In this document: one piece after another, positions 13,832 through 25,657 of the stretch
Position numbering within the stretch: the first letter of the stretch is position 1
Layout: each line of letters begins with the position of its first letter
DNA from: Octopus bimaculoides
Taxonomy: Eukaryota
Length of the DNA stretch: 40,049 bases
Reading direction: 5' to 3'
Assembly (NCBI RefSeq): GCF_001194135.2
Contig: NC_068997.1
Coordinates: 7,436,336-7,476,384 of the forward strand
Translations under genes and position numbers: made by a program
Notes under the pieces: generated by a model
Database searches by the model: none
Told to the model about the DNA's origin: nothing
Seen by the model: only the letters and a program-made list of their open reading frames with translations

Positions 13832-14261
13832 GATATAGTTGTCAGAGATCACGAAGAAAAGAAAATGCTTTCTAATCGATGTATAAATACCAGCAGATGA
13901 CAATATTTCTCTAAAAGAAACGGAGAAACTTTCAAACTACAAAGATCTGGAAATAGAGGTAACTCGAAAGTGGAGCCTAAAAACAGAAACCATTCCTATT
14001 AGGTGCATTAGGTATGATAAAAAAAAACATTCAGACAAATACATAACAAAAACATCAGGACTTACAAGTATATTATAACATAGAGAAAATAGCACCGCTA
14101 GGCACCGCACGCATCTTATACAAAACGCTTTTTTTCAAAACAGTAGCTATAAGAGGATACCAATAAACTACAGCACATACCCAAGGCACACAGAGCTGCG
14201 CTCGGTAGTGAAGTGAAAGCACGTGGTAAAAATAAGACCACTGAATAATAATAACAACAAC

Positions 14262-14329
<68 letters not shown>

Positions 14330-14330
14330 C
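13832..14330 (+). mobile_element. R4/Dong-type non-LTR retrotransposon 3' fragment, copy 2, with (AAT)n tail
   Basis: Seen: DIVVRDHEE, IDV, KETEKLSNYKDLEIEVTRKWSLKTETIP. It shares aaagatctggaaatagaggta and cacatacccaaggca.acagagct with copy 1 and ends in an (AAT/AAC)n tract at about 14245-14330. Confidence 0.85.
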
Positions 14331-14447
14331 AGCAATGGTAATTGTGGTTGTTTACCCCATAGTTCCGCCGCTAAAACCAAATTCTCAAATGAAAGGCTTC
14401 CACACAAATTCCGTCTACCAAATTTCCATACTTACAAGATAGTGACC

Positions 14448-14449
<2 letters not shown>

Positions 14450-14521
<72 letters not shown>
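14450..14521. repeat. (TATC)n microsatellite; others at about 22394-22467 and 37692-37750
   Basis: Seen directly. Confidence 0.95.
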
Positions 14522-14526
<5 letters not shown>

Positions 14527-14975
14527 AGGTTTCTCCATGGTCCCTCAATTATAGTTAGTGCTAATCAGCTCCATAGAAGAATATGTCGCTCGATCGATTG
14601 TCCTTGCCTCATTGATCTATCGATTCATTCTCGTGATTCTGTATTCTGCTGGGCAATCAAGTTTTTTTGTTTTTGGCACCGCCAGCACCAGTACTAAACA
14701 CCCCGCCTCACCTCATCACGGTCACCATTCTTCACAAAGAACATCAAATCCTCCTCATTGCAAACGAACCCCTATATACTGGAAATAGCACCTAAATATC
14801 CTTCAAATTATAAACACATTCTTAAAAAAAAACAAAGGAAGGACACATTAGAACATTGGATAATGCAGTTCTAAATGTCGAAAATATACACAGAGTGCGT
14901 TTGATTATAGGTTTGCTAAGCCAGATGTGATATAGTCTTAAACAAAATAATAATGCTAACAACACTCTAGGTCGT

Positions 14976-14977
<2 letters not shown>

Positions 14978-15056
<79 letters not shown>

Positions 15057-15088
15057 TATACCTATGTGTGTGTGTGTGTGTGTGTGTG
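14978..15088. repeat. (CA)n followed by (TG)n
   Basis: Seen: (CA)n at about 14978-15052, a ~13-nt spacer, (GT)n at about 15066-15088. Confidence 0.95.
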
Positions 15089-15459
15089 AGTATTAAAGCC
15101 AACAAGCAAAACACAATCTTTAAATATATGTCGTTATCTTCAGAGAAAACCCGAAAGCTGGAAACGTAAAACTTTTAAGTTACGAAGTGGGACGAGTTGA
15201 CTTAAGTAATCGCAAGACTCGACTTTCGTTATCAAGTTCTCTCTTTTTTTTCTGTCTTGTTTACATTCACACGCACATATTTGCAAGTACACACACAACA
15301 ACCTATATTCCTTCACAAATGCGCATATAATTTCTATCCCCATCCCACCAAGAAAACACGAAAGAAAAGGGCAAATATATTCCCTTAGAACAACAGCATA
15401 TTCCAGTTGTTAACGCATCCACCATGTTCAAAATGAGCTTTCTTAATTATACAAAGAGA

Positions 15460-15478
15460 TAATAATAATAATAATAAT

Positions 15479-15538
<60 letters not shown>

Positions 15539-15575
15539 AATAATAATAACGACAACAAGAACAACAACGATAACG
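15460..15575. repeat. (AAT)n(AAC)n trinucleotide tract; others: (ATC)n 11715-11780 and 32139-32195, (AAT)n 30988-31038
   Basis: Seen directly. Confidence 0.95.
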
Positions 15576-15666
15576 ATACAGACAGCAGCGAGTTCCTTTC
15601 CCTTCATAACTTCCAAATACCAATAGATCAATCTAACGTGTGATTTCCTTTAGCTAGTACATGCAA

Positions 15667-15935
15667 CTGCTGCTACTGCCGCCGCCGCTACTGCTGCTGC
15701 TGCTGCTGCTGCTGCTGTTGTTTAGCACCAAGCCAACTCCGATCGATCACACCCAGAATTGAGTATTCCATTCGTGACCATCCCGTATCTATAATGAGTA
15801 TTATTTCTTTAAGACAGTAGAGAGTGATTTCAGAGTGATTTAGCAGCCATTTTGTAGCAGGACCAGAGTGGTTTGGCAGCCATTTGTAGCAGGACCAGAG
15901 TGGTTTGGCAGCCATTTGTAGCAGGACCAGCGACC
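15667..15935 (-). repeat. Dispersed repeat (family D) ending in a (CAG/CAA)n tail; contains a local 32-bp tandem triplication
   Basis: Seen: 15710-15757 aligns (about 15/24 in the core, mostly transitions) with the reverse complement of 39206-39260, and both end in CAG-type tracts. A related inverted piece may lie at about 14765-14880. The extent is inferred. Confidence 0.45.
15843..15930. repeat. 32-bp minisatellite, about 2.7 copies
   Basis: Seen: gcagccatttgtagcaggaccagagtggtttg at 15843-15875 (one extra T), 15876-15907, and partially at 15908-15930. Confidence 0.95.
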
Positions 15936-16139
15936 GCAATAAACATCTTCGTTGTTGCAAGATATAGGATTGTACTAAATGCACAGGGAAAGCGATAATG
16001 AAGGTAGAGTAGGGGTTGTGATGTCTATACCCTTCGTCTGGTGCCTGGTAATTTTCTAAGTTATCCCAAAATGCAGCACGTGATAGGCCCCCAAGCCGAA
16101 ACGAAACGGCGTAATATTTTTGTCTCAACGGAAACTTAC

Positions 16140-16165
16140 CGTTTCTCTCACTTTACTCCAGATTC
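16140..16165 (-). CDS. Candidate 26-nt microexon
   Basis: Seen: polypyrimidine acceptor ttatttgtttcgactttctgtacag| and donor ACG|GTAAGT. Only the phase-1 entry frame is open ((G)IWSKVRET), matching the phase-1 donor at 32660. Exon status is inference. Confidence 0.35.
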
Positions 16166-16442
16166 CTGTACAGAAAGTCGAAACAAATAATTATGTATTT
16201 CCAGACGAGAGTAAAGAAAAAAGATGTTTGTTGAAGTGTTTAGTTTTCAGTAAAAGTATTAATTACAGTAATAGATTTTCGCTGACGAAATCGAAACCAT
16301 TCCGAGAATAGAATTAGAAAAAAACAAAAGTACTTTAAACTTTGCACGATAATTGCTCACCCAAGTAGATCAACATTGATTTAGTAGCATAGCCTCAAAG
16401 TTACATAGTTTAGCGGGGAAGATATGCCAATTATATTTATCC

Positions 16443-16670
16443 CGTACTTGACTGGTACTTTATTTCATCGACCTCGCTTGAGTTGAACTCAGAATGGACA
16501 GAGAAGTAACTAAATACAACCAATTTTCTTAAAATTGATTTCAAATATTGGCGACGAATGGTCATACACCATCGGGCAGCAAAATATTACTGGTATTTAA
16601 TTTATCGACCCTGGAAGCATGAAATGCAAAGTCAACCTCGACGGGATTTGAACTCTGGACGAAAAAGATA
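16443..16670 (-). mobile_element. Two degenerate partial family A SINE cores (about 16443-16500 and 16588-16670)
   Basis: Seen: reverse complements of the core, actggtatttaatttatcgacc...aaagtcaacctcgacgggatttgaactc and actggtactttatttcatcgacc...ttgaactcagaa. Confidence 0.65.
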
Positions 16671-17335
16671 CTTGCTGCCAATGTACTCAATGTTCTGTTC
16701 TAATTATTATAATCTGTTGGTCAATGCTTACCAAATTCCACGCCCCCGCCTTTTCTAAAAATATTATCTTCACCTTTTCCCTCTCAATGTTTTTGTTTTC
16801 ATTTTCGTTTTCCTTGTTGATCTAATTCCATATTTTTTTTTATAAAACGTAATAAATGATAATGAGACAAATAAATCAAAACCACGGCCAACATTGCGTT
16901 CATCATTGTTATTTTTTATTATTTGTATCCTGTGTATATATTTATTTATTTATTTATTCATTGATTGATTGTCTTATTNNNNNNNNNNNNNNNNNNNNNN
17001 NNNNNNNNNNNNNNNNNNNNNNNNNNNNNNNNNNNNNNNNNNNNNNNNNNNNNNNNNNNNNNNNNNNNNNNNNNNNNNNNNNNNNNNNNNNNNNNNNNNN
17101 NNNNNNNNNNNNNNNNNNNNNNNNNNNNNNNNNNNNNNNNNNNNNNNNNNNNNNNNNNNNNNNNNNNNNNNNNNNNNNNNNNNNNNNNNNNNNNNNNNNN
17201 NNNNNNNNNNNNNNNNNNNNNNNNNNNNNNNNNNNNNNNNNNNNNNNNNNNNNNNNNNNNNNNNNNNNNNNNNNNNNNNNNNNNNNNNNNNNNNNNNNNN
17301 NNNNNNNNNNNNNNNNNNNNNNNNNNNNNNNNNNN

Positions 17336-17394
<59 letters not shown>

Positions 17395-18009
17395 GGAGAG
17401 AGTGGTGGAGAGAGCGAACGGGGAAGAAAGTAATTTTTCACTGATGAAAATTAAATTGTTCCACCAAAAATATTATTGTTCTTAATGGTAATGGTAACAT
17501 TTGTATTTTTTGAGATGTATGTGTGTGTGTATGTGTGTGTGTGTGTGTGTGTGCATATGTGTACGTGCACACACCAACAGGCACCGACACACTCACCCCG
17601 ACACACACGCACCCTGACACACACACACACACACACGCACGCACACACGCCCTGCTTTGTCATTAATGAGGAAAGACATGATTAATAGATCGATTCACCA
17701 ATAAATAAGGAAGTAAAAAATGATGTTAGACTCCATTCAGCTCTCGATTGTGCAGGCCTATTATGAAAAGCGTTCAAACCATGGCTATTCCTTCATTTAT
17801 TTTGTATATCAGATCGCATTTTCAAATCTGACCTGATTTAATGATGATGATGATGATGATGATGAGATGAGAGATAATTTGGTGCAAATTGTATGGTTGT
17901 GTGTCCCAGAGCAACTGTTTATTTTCAACCAGCGTCAGATTCGAACCAGGATGACCGTTTTTATTCATTCCCGGATGAGTCACTTTCTTTCGATTATTCA
18001 CAACAAACA

Positions 18010-18409
18010 TGGGTGGGTGAATAAGAAACGCCTTCTGCAACCACATCGTTTCTGGTTCAATCTCACTGCGAGTCGCCTTGGGTAAGTTCTTCCTTCTATA
18101 GGTCCGGGACGTCCAATTCCTGGTCAGTTAATTTGGTAGACAGAAACTGTGCGGAAGGCGGCGAGCTGGCAGAAACGTTAGCACGCCGGGCGAAACGCTT
18201 AGCGATATTTTGTCTGTCTTTACGTTCTGAGTTCAAATTCCGCCGAGGTCGACTTTGCCTTTCTTCCTTTCGGGGTCGATAAATTAAGTACCAGTTACGC
18301 ACTGGGGTCGATGTAATCAACTTAATCCCTTTGTCTGTCCCCTCTATGTTTAGCACCTTGTGGGCAATAAAGAAATAAGAAACTGTGCGGAAGCCCATTG
18401 CATATATAT

Positions 18410-18458
<49 letters not shown>

Positions 18459-18700
18459 TATAAGTGTGTGTGCGTATGCGCGCGCGCAATGTATGAGTAT
18501 CTTGGTGTTTGTCTCCACCAGTGCTTGACAACGGACGTTGGTTTGTTTACGTTCCTGTAACTTAGTGGTTCGGTAAAAAATCCTGTAGGATAAGTAGCAT
18601 ACTTAGAAAGAAATACACTTGGGTCCATTTGTTTGATTGAGCCCTTCAAAGTGGTGCCCTAGCATGGTCGTAGTCCAAGGAAGCGATGAAACGTAAAGGA
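18010..18700 (+). mobile_element. tRNA-derived SINE, family B, near full length, interrupted by a family A SINE
   Basis: Seen: caaccacatcg...ggttcaatctcactgcg...ccttgggtaag; atttggtagacagaaactg; internal (TG)n; gcttgacaacgga...gtaacttagtggttcggtaaaa; ggtgccctagcatggtcg. All segments are collinear with the copies at 23546, 28255 and 39617. Confidence 0.8.
18157..18377 (+). mobile_element. tRNA-derived SINE, family A, full length with TSD, nested in a family B SINE
   Basis: Seen: head GGCGGCGAGCTGGCAGAAACG (A-box-like), B-box-like GTTCAAATTC at 18231-18240, core cgaggtcgactttgcctttc.tcctttcggggtcgataaattaagtaccagtt. Perfect 16-bp direct repeat AGAAACTGTGCGGAAG at 18142-18157 and 18378-18393. 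Confidence 0.9.
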
Positions 18701-18809
18701 AACGTTAGGGCTTCTTCAGAATCGGAAAAGCTTGGATTTTGAAAAACAGTTGAATCTATATATGTTAGGTATACATGCACCCTACTGGGGTACTGGGTAT
18801 ATATCCAGG

Positions 18810-19205
18810 TTGATGCTGCAAAAGTCACATCTCAATCATATTAAGGAGCATAAACAGAACTCCGATGTTGGCTCTCCGTCGTCTTCACATTTTTCGCTAT
18901 CTCTTCTGGAAATACATATCTTCCCCTATGAAGCGGCAATTATAGGTTCGTTGGATAATCCTATATAGGCTGTATTGGCCCGGTGGTATTTAGTGGGGAG
19001 GGAGAAACTCAAGGGATTCCCCTGGCGGCACACCCACACCGTCCGCATTATTAGAAGCCATAAATCACTTCTGTTTTAGATATTCTGGAAGAACCAGCAC
19101 TACTCCGATTTTCTTGCTATTTCTCTATCTCTTCTATCACTACATCTGCATGTTCCGATAGAGCCGAATATTTGAAGTGAGGGTCGCAGACTGAAACATA
19201 CTTAT
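18810..19205 (+). mobile_element. Highly degenerate Penelope-like 3' end
   Basis: Seen: HIKEHKQNSDVGSPSSSHF (resembles the EH...PVAxHF part of PLE GIY-YIG), a pyrimidine-rich stretch, then tgaagtgagggtcgcagactgaaac, resembling the PLE terminal hammerhead-type signature. Confidence 0.35.
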
Positions 19206-19609
19206 ATATCTTCTCCGATATTCTAAATTCCAATTTATTGAGCTCATAGATTTTCTTCTTGCGTTCATGAACTTCAGTTTTGATCCCAAATTGTAAGATT
19301 ACATTGATATTAAAAATAACGTGATATGTCGAGTGGGGTCACCTGCTGTTATTTAGAGCCGATTTTTGCAAAGTTAGCACCACATTTCGAAAGTAACAAA
19401 ATACTAGGAAAGGGTCAAGTGTTAATCGAGCCGAATGGAATCGAATGAAATCAATTCAAGATCTCTTGCTTCCGTTGATTTGTCTTTTAACAGAAACCAA
19501 TCTCAACATAGAAACACAAGACTGTTTCTACTTATGTACATCAAGTTTATATTTTTAAACTCGCACACCCACACACAGACACACAAACACACACAACTCA
19601 CACATTCGC

Positions 19610-19649
<40 letters not shown>

Positions 19650-19720
19650 GTGTGTGCGTGCGTGTGTGTATGTGTGTTTATATATATATATATGTATGTA
19701 TGTATGTGTGCATGTATGTA

Positions 19721-19780
<60 letters not shown>

Positions 19781-20408
19781 TATAAATTATACATATGCAT
19801 ATATACAATATATATATGTGTGTGTTTGTATGTGTGTGGATGTATGTGTGTATTGATGAACATTTGTGTTAAAGCTTATTCCTCATTATACACTATATAA
19901 TTATTTATAATTAAATAGAACTTTAATTGTTTATTTGATAACTCTTGATATAATATATTATTAGTTAAATGTAAATAACTTGAGTGTTTATGCCTGCACC
20001 TGCGGAAACGGGAATTAATCGTCGCCATCTTACAATCTGCTGTTTGTTTTTGTTTTTTTTTTTGGTTGTTGCTGTTTTTTATTGACTAAATATCCAAGTT
20101 GTGTCTGAAAATGGAATTCGCACAGAAATACATGGAGATTAAAATGATCGCCCCTATGGACACCGTATGCGAATAATTATAATCATTATTAGTTTATAGA
20201 ATGAAAAACATTCGTATAATTAATTCCTGTTTTAGCATAATTATTTCATGAATTTTCATGAACTTCAAGAAATTTTCCATTTTATATAGAATTGTTTAAC
20301 AATTCTAATGATTGAAAAGAAACATTTTTATTTTATATTGTACGAACACACACATGCATACACACACACACGCACACGCACACACACACACACACACACA
20401 TACACACT

Positions 20409-20478
<70 letters not shown>

Positions 20479-20968
20479 TGACTATGTTTATACAAATACG
20501 TTTGATAAACGTATTCAGTGTTACTATGTAAACATCCCTGAGGATTAACCAGAAGATTGTGTCTGCAGGATGTACCTGAGAACAGCTCGACTAGTTTCCA
20601 CTGGTGTCTACTTGTGTTCATCCTACAGCGAGAAGAAGTTGTTTAGAGTTACTCCCAAAATATATGTTCTTTGTTTTTGACTAAACGTACTTTCGTAACG
20701 CTTACGCATGGAAACCTATTCATATAAGGCGTCCACGTGGCTGTGTGGTTAAGAAGCTTCCTTTGCGCAACCACGTTGCTTCGGGTTCAGTTCCACTGTC
20801 CGGCAATTTCATGCATGTATCTATCAGAGAGATCGACAAACGAGAGTAGCTTATAGCAATATCGAATAAAGTAATTAATGCTATGCAATCAAAACGAGTT
20901 GATGTTTTACTGTGATGATTATGATTTTAGTTATTTGTAATTAAGTGAAGCTGCATAGCATTAAATAC

Positions 20969-21018
<50 letters not shown>

Positions 21019-21188
21019 GTGTGTGTCTATATATGTGTATATACCGCTACCAACCCACTGACAAGTAACCAACTGGTAACAACAATGACAAAATCTGCAT
21101 GATGAAAATGCCTGTAGCTACATATGCTGTATTTGAACACATTGGTGTGTGTGTGTGTCTCTATATATGTGTATATACCACATATATA

Positions 21189-21270
21189 GGGCGGCGAGCA
21201 GGCAGAATCATTAGCACGCCGGGCGACATGCTTAGCGCTATTTCGTCTGCTGTTACGTTCTGAGTTCAAA
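21189..21270 (+). mobile_element. SINE family A head only
   Basis: Seen: gggcggcgagcaggcagaatcattagcacgccgggcg...gttctgagttcaaa, ending at the Tigger fragment. Confidence 0.8.
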
Positions 21271-21755
21271 GGTGATGTTTTAAAAAGGCTTCTAACGGGA
21301 GAAAAAATCGATTGCTCAAAAAGTTACTCCTTTAACTTCCCAGATTTTATTTTGTCATAGATGCTTAAAATAGGACGGCTGTTGGGTGTATGGATTAAGG
21401 ACCATACTAGATGCAATTTGACGATGGTAATTAAAAAATAGCTAGAAGTTTCTAAGTCGATTTGTTGGAAAACCAAGGCGAAATTTCTTATGAAAAACGT
21501 TTTCTTGTCGGTAAAGGCTGGTTTGTAAAGTTTAAGAATTACTTGAATATGTACAACATAAAAATTACGGAAGAAGCTACCAGCACAGAGGTTGCTTCCA
21601 ATTATCCTGAATAGCCCTAAGATATTATTGCTGAAGGGAGCTACTCATCAAAACACGGATACAATGTTGTTGAAACTGCACTTCGATAGAAGCTCATACC
21701 GGCCGGAACTTTTATTTCTCGAGAGGAAAAATTAAGACTAGGATTTAAAGCTTTC
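21271..21755 (+). mobile_element. Tigger/pogo-like DNA transposase fragment
   Basis: Seen: DVLKRLLTGEK, RLLGVWIKD, then after a frameshift KRFLVGKGWFVKFKNYLNMYNIKITEEATS...DIIAEGSY...YNVVETALR*KLIPAGTFISREEKLRLGFKAF. Established: matches the pogo/Tigger CENP-B-type HTH and the FNxDETGLFWKxMPxRTFIxKEEKxxxGFKA motif. Confidence 0.8.
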
Positions 21756-21865
21756 GTATATATATATATATATATATATACCTGTGTGTGTGTATCTGTT
21801 TCTAAACCTGTGTGTGTATGTATATTTCTATACCTGTATGTGTATGTATGCATATCGACATTAAT

Positions 21866-21949
21866 CAGTTTTATTTCAAGATGTCTTGCCAATAGAGAAA
21901 GAGCCGGTTTCTAACCTAGATCCAAGCCTCCTTCATTAGAATTTCAACA
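21866..21949 (+). repeat. ~85-bp dispersed repeat, copy 2
   Basis: Seen: same sequence as 11514-11598, same orientation. Confidence 0.85.
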
Positions 21950-22391
21950 CATACATACATACATATATAAACACGTAAAGCTATTCGTGGTAACCGAATT
22001 TAGAAGCTCATACTCAATCATTCATTTAAACTAATTTTTTTTCTGGATGATTCCTGTGTGCATCATACATCGGCCACGTGATCAATTACGTCAATTTTCA
22101 GTAATTTCATCGCATGCATCACTGAGTCTTTCTCACGAGAAGGAATTTGAACATGCGATAATATATTGAAATAAATTCTGTATTTCAATTTTTTTTTCAA
22201 AATTTAGGATTGGGTAGAGATGGCGAATGATGTGAAAGTATTCTCCAAGAAAAAAAAAAACGTAATAGTATTTTCAGCCATTTCTTAATTATGCAGTTAT
22301 GCATCCACGTCGATACGGTCGGTTGCACAAAATCTGTAGCTATGGGTTTGTAATCCTCGTTAACATGTAAATTACATTAGGCTGGACTGAG

Positions 22392-22467
<76 letters not shown>

Positions 22468-23155
22468 GTATGTCTGTGTGTATACAATACATCCATACTT
22501 ATAACGTGTGTGTGTATATATANNNNNNNNNNNNNNNNNNNNNNNNNNNNNNNNNNNNNNNNNNNNNNNNNNNNNNNNNNNNNNNNNNNNNNNNNNNNNN
22601 NNNNNNNNNNNNNNNNNNNNNNNNNNNNNNNNNNNNNNNNNNNNNNNNNNNNNNNNNNNNNNNNNNNNNNNNNNNNNNNNNNNNNNNNNNNNNNNNNNNN
22701 NNNNNNNNNNNNNNNNNNNNNNNNNNNNNNNNNNNNNNNNNNNNNNNNNNNNNNNNNNNNNNNNNNNNNNNNNNNNNNNNNNNNNNNNNNNNNNNNNNNN
22801 NNNNNNNNNNNNNNNNNNNNNNNNNNNNNNNNNNNNNNNNNNNNNNNNNNNNNNNNNNNNNNNNNNNNNGAGAGAGAGAGAGAGAGAGAGAGCTGAATTA
22901 TAGCATACGATGCTATAAAATTTAAGTAATACATTTGAATATAATGGAAGAAGCATTTCCATTTCGAACAATGTGAATGAAAGGGAGTCTGTACGAATCG
23001 TTACAGAACAGATATTACAAGGGACCTCGTAACCTCCTATTTTTGTTTTCTCGTTGCTGTACAAAGCTAAAGGCTATGCCACGCCACATATACAGATACA
23101 TACACATACGTGTAAGTATGTGCATATGTATGTATGCATGTATGTATGTAATGAA

Positions 23156-23477
23156 GGCCCGTGGCTCTGTGGTTAGGGTGTTCGGCGCACGATCGTAAGG
23201 TCGCTAGTTCGATTCCCGGCGACGCGTGGTGTCCTTCAGCGAGGCACTTAACTTCACGTTGCCCCAGTCTACACAGCTGGCAAAACTGTGTAGTATCTGA
23301 ATTTCAAAGGGCTGGTCTTCTCACACTCTGTGTCATGCGGAATCTCCCAGAGAACTACGTGAAGAGTACGAGTGTGTCTGTGGAGTACTCAGCTACTTAC
23401 ACATTCATTTCATGAACAGGCTGTTCCGTTGATCGCTTCAACTGGGACCCTCGTCGTCGCAACCGACGGAGGGCCAG
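23156..23477 (+). mobile_element. tRNA-derived SINE, family C, full length
   Basis: Seen: head ggcccgtggctctgtggttagg (A box)...agttcgattccc (B box), followed by gtgtccttcagcgaggcacttaacttcacgttgccccagtc and a ~200-nt body. Degenerate minus-strand pieces of the body occur at about 8915-9030 and 36900-37000 (shared ga.tactca.cc....tt.cac motif). Confidence 0.75.
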
Positions 23478-23545
23478 TGTTTTATATGTATGTATGTATG
23501 TATGTTTGTCTGTCTGTCTGTCTGTCTGTATTTTAGTCTTTTATT

Positions 23546-23950
<405 letters not shown>

Positions 23951-24253
23951 AGGCTTCTTCACAGTTTTCGTTTAACAAGTTCGATGCACAAGGCCTAGTT
24001 CGAATCAAGGCACGCTGCTGAGGAAACGAACTCGGAACCACAGGTTTGTTAAATAAACCTTTAAAGCAAACAACCATGTATGCATGTTTCCTTTGGCATT
24101 TATTTAAGTTTTTCCGACTAGAGTTCAAAGCGCCCCCTAAGAAAGTGACCAGACATTTTCAGTGAAGGCAGTTCCCGGCGTTTGTAAATATGTGGTTGGG
24201 CTCGCGTGTGCCTCTGCACTTAGGTTCTACGTGAATATACCTCTTCAGTAGTT

Positions 24254-24314
<61 letters not shown>

Positions 24315-24686
24315 TGTGTGTATGTGTGGATGATTACATTTTGTGTATGCGTAGAAATGTAAGCACACAATTAAGTGCATTTATTCATTTAAAGAAGCTC
24401 AAACAGTGAATCTTTGGAATGTCTTACAGATTTATATCGTGTCGCTATTAAATTGGACTTGGCGGATGCGCGTCGGCTTCTTTTGCTCATTTTTTAGAAA
24501 TCTATGCACGCATGTATATGTGATTGTATGTATGGTATGTGTATGTATGTGTGTATNNNNNNNNNNNNNNNNNNNNNNNNNNNNNNNNNNNNNNNNNNNN
24601 NNNNNNNNNNNNNNNNNNNNNNNNNNNNNNNNNNNNNNNNNNNNNNNNNNNNNNNNNNNNNNNNNNNNNNNNNNNNNNNNNNNNNN

Positions 24687-24728
<42 letters not shown>

Positions 24729-25398
24729 CTTATGTCTTTCTTACCGTTACTCAATCATTTGGTATTTCATCTGCTACATGTTATTCATTTGTTATTCACC
24801 TGTCATTCATCTGCTACATGTTATTCAAGCTAAACACCTTCAAAACACGTTTATTACTCTGATATTGTAACTTAAACTCATTCCTTCTTACACCGCCATG
24901 AGTTGCACAATAAACAAACAACCAACCAAAAACAAAAACCATGAATTTATTATAAATCTTGATCTTTTCCTTCGATATTCGTTACCAAAAGGATGAGTTC
25001 TGTCAATCATTAAATTGTAAGGGAACCCATAAGATTCAGCCGACATATGGTGTATAGAGTTCAAATCATCTTCGCAACTTCCATCTGTTTTAGCTATAAT
25101 CCCCAGATGTGTTGAAATCAATGCCCCAACTTGACGAAATCCTCGTAAATCACCGCAGAATCCGTCAGAGCTTCAAGTAAGAAGCAGCGCTCCCCACGGA
25201 GGATCTATTTATAATGCATAGAGGCTTATGGTGTTGGCTGGAACACCATACAGTGCTATGGGAAGAAGGAACCATACTCCTTTCCACTGATTCTCTTCCG
25301 GATTTTCTACACGAACAACTGGAACACGCAACCAACTTGAAACTTACCGTGCTTCCACTGCCGAAACTTTGCACTAGTATTAACAGCACTGACTGTCC

Positions 25399-25442
<44 letters not shown>

Positions 25443-25594
25443 GTCTGTCTGTCTGTCTGCCTGTCTGTGTCTCTCGCTTTGTTTATGTGTGTGTGCGTGT
25501 GCACGTGTGTATACATATTAGGTGTTTTAGATAATGTATGCGTGCGTATGTAATATATATTAGATGTTTTACTCAATGATCTCTGTGTGTATGC

Positions 25595-25657
<63 letters not shown>

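Noticed and set aside
15843-15930. CRISPR-like appearance of the 32-bp repeats (and the 22-bp repeats at 24766-24827)
   Set aside because: No unique spacers (or only one, itself repeat-derived), no cas genes, and a eukaryotic context.
23156-23230. tRNA gene calls for SINE heads (also 18157, 28520-28590, 39354)
   Set aside because: The heads continue into shared SINE bodies, are multi-copy and diverged, and lack a clean cloverleaf followed by a poly-T terminator.
25100-25390. Protein-like + strand frame (MHRGLWCWLEHHTVLWEEG...)
   Set aside because: Interrupted by stops, no recognisable motif, and it runs into (TGTC)n; possibly an old TE remnant but not assignable.
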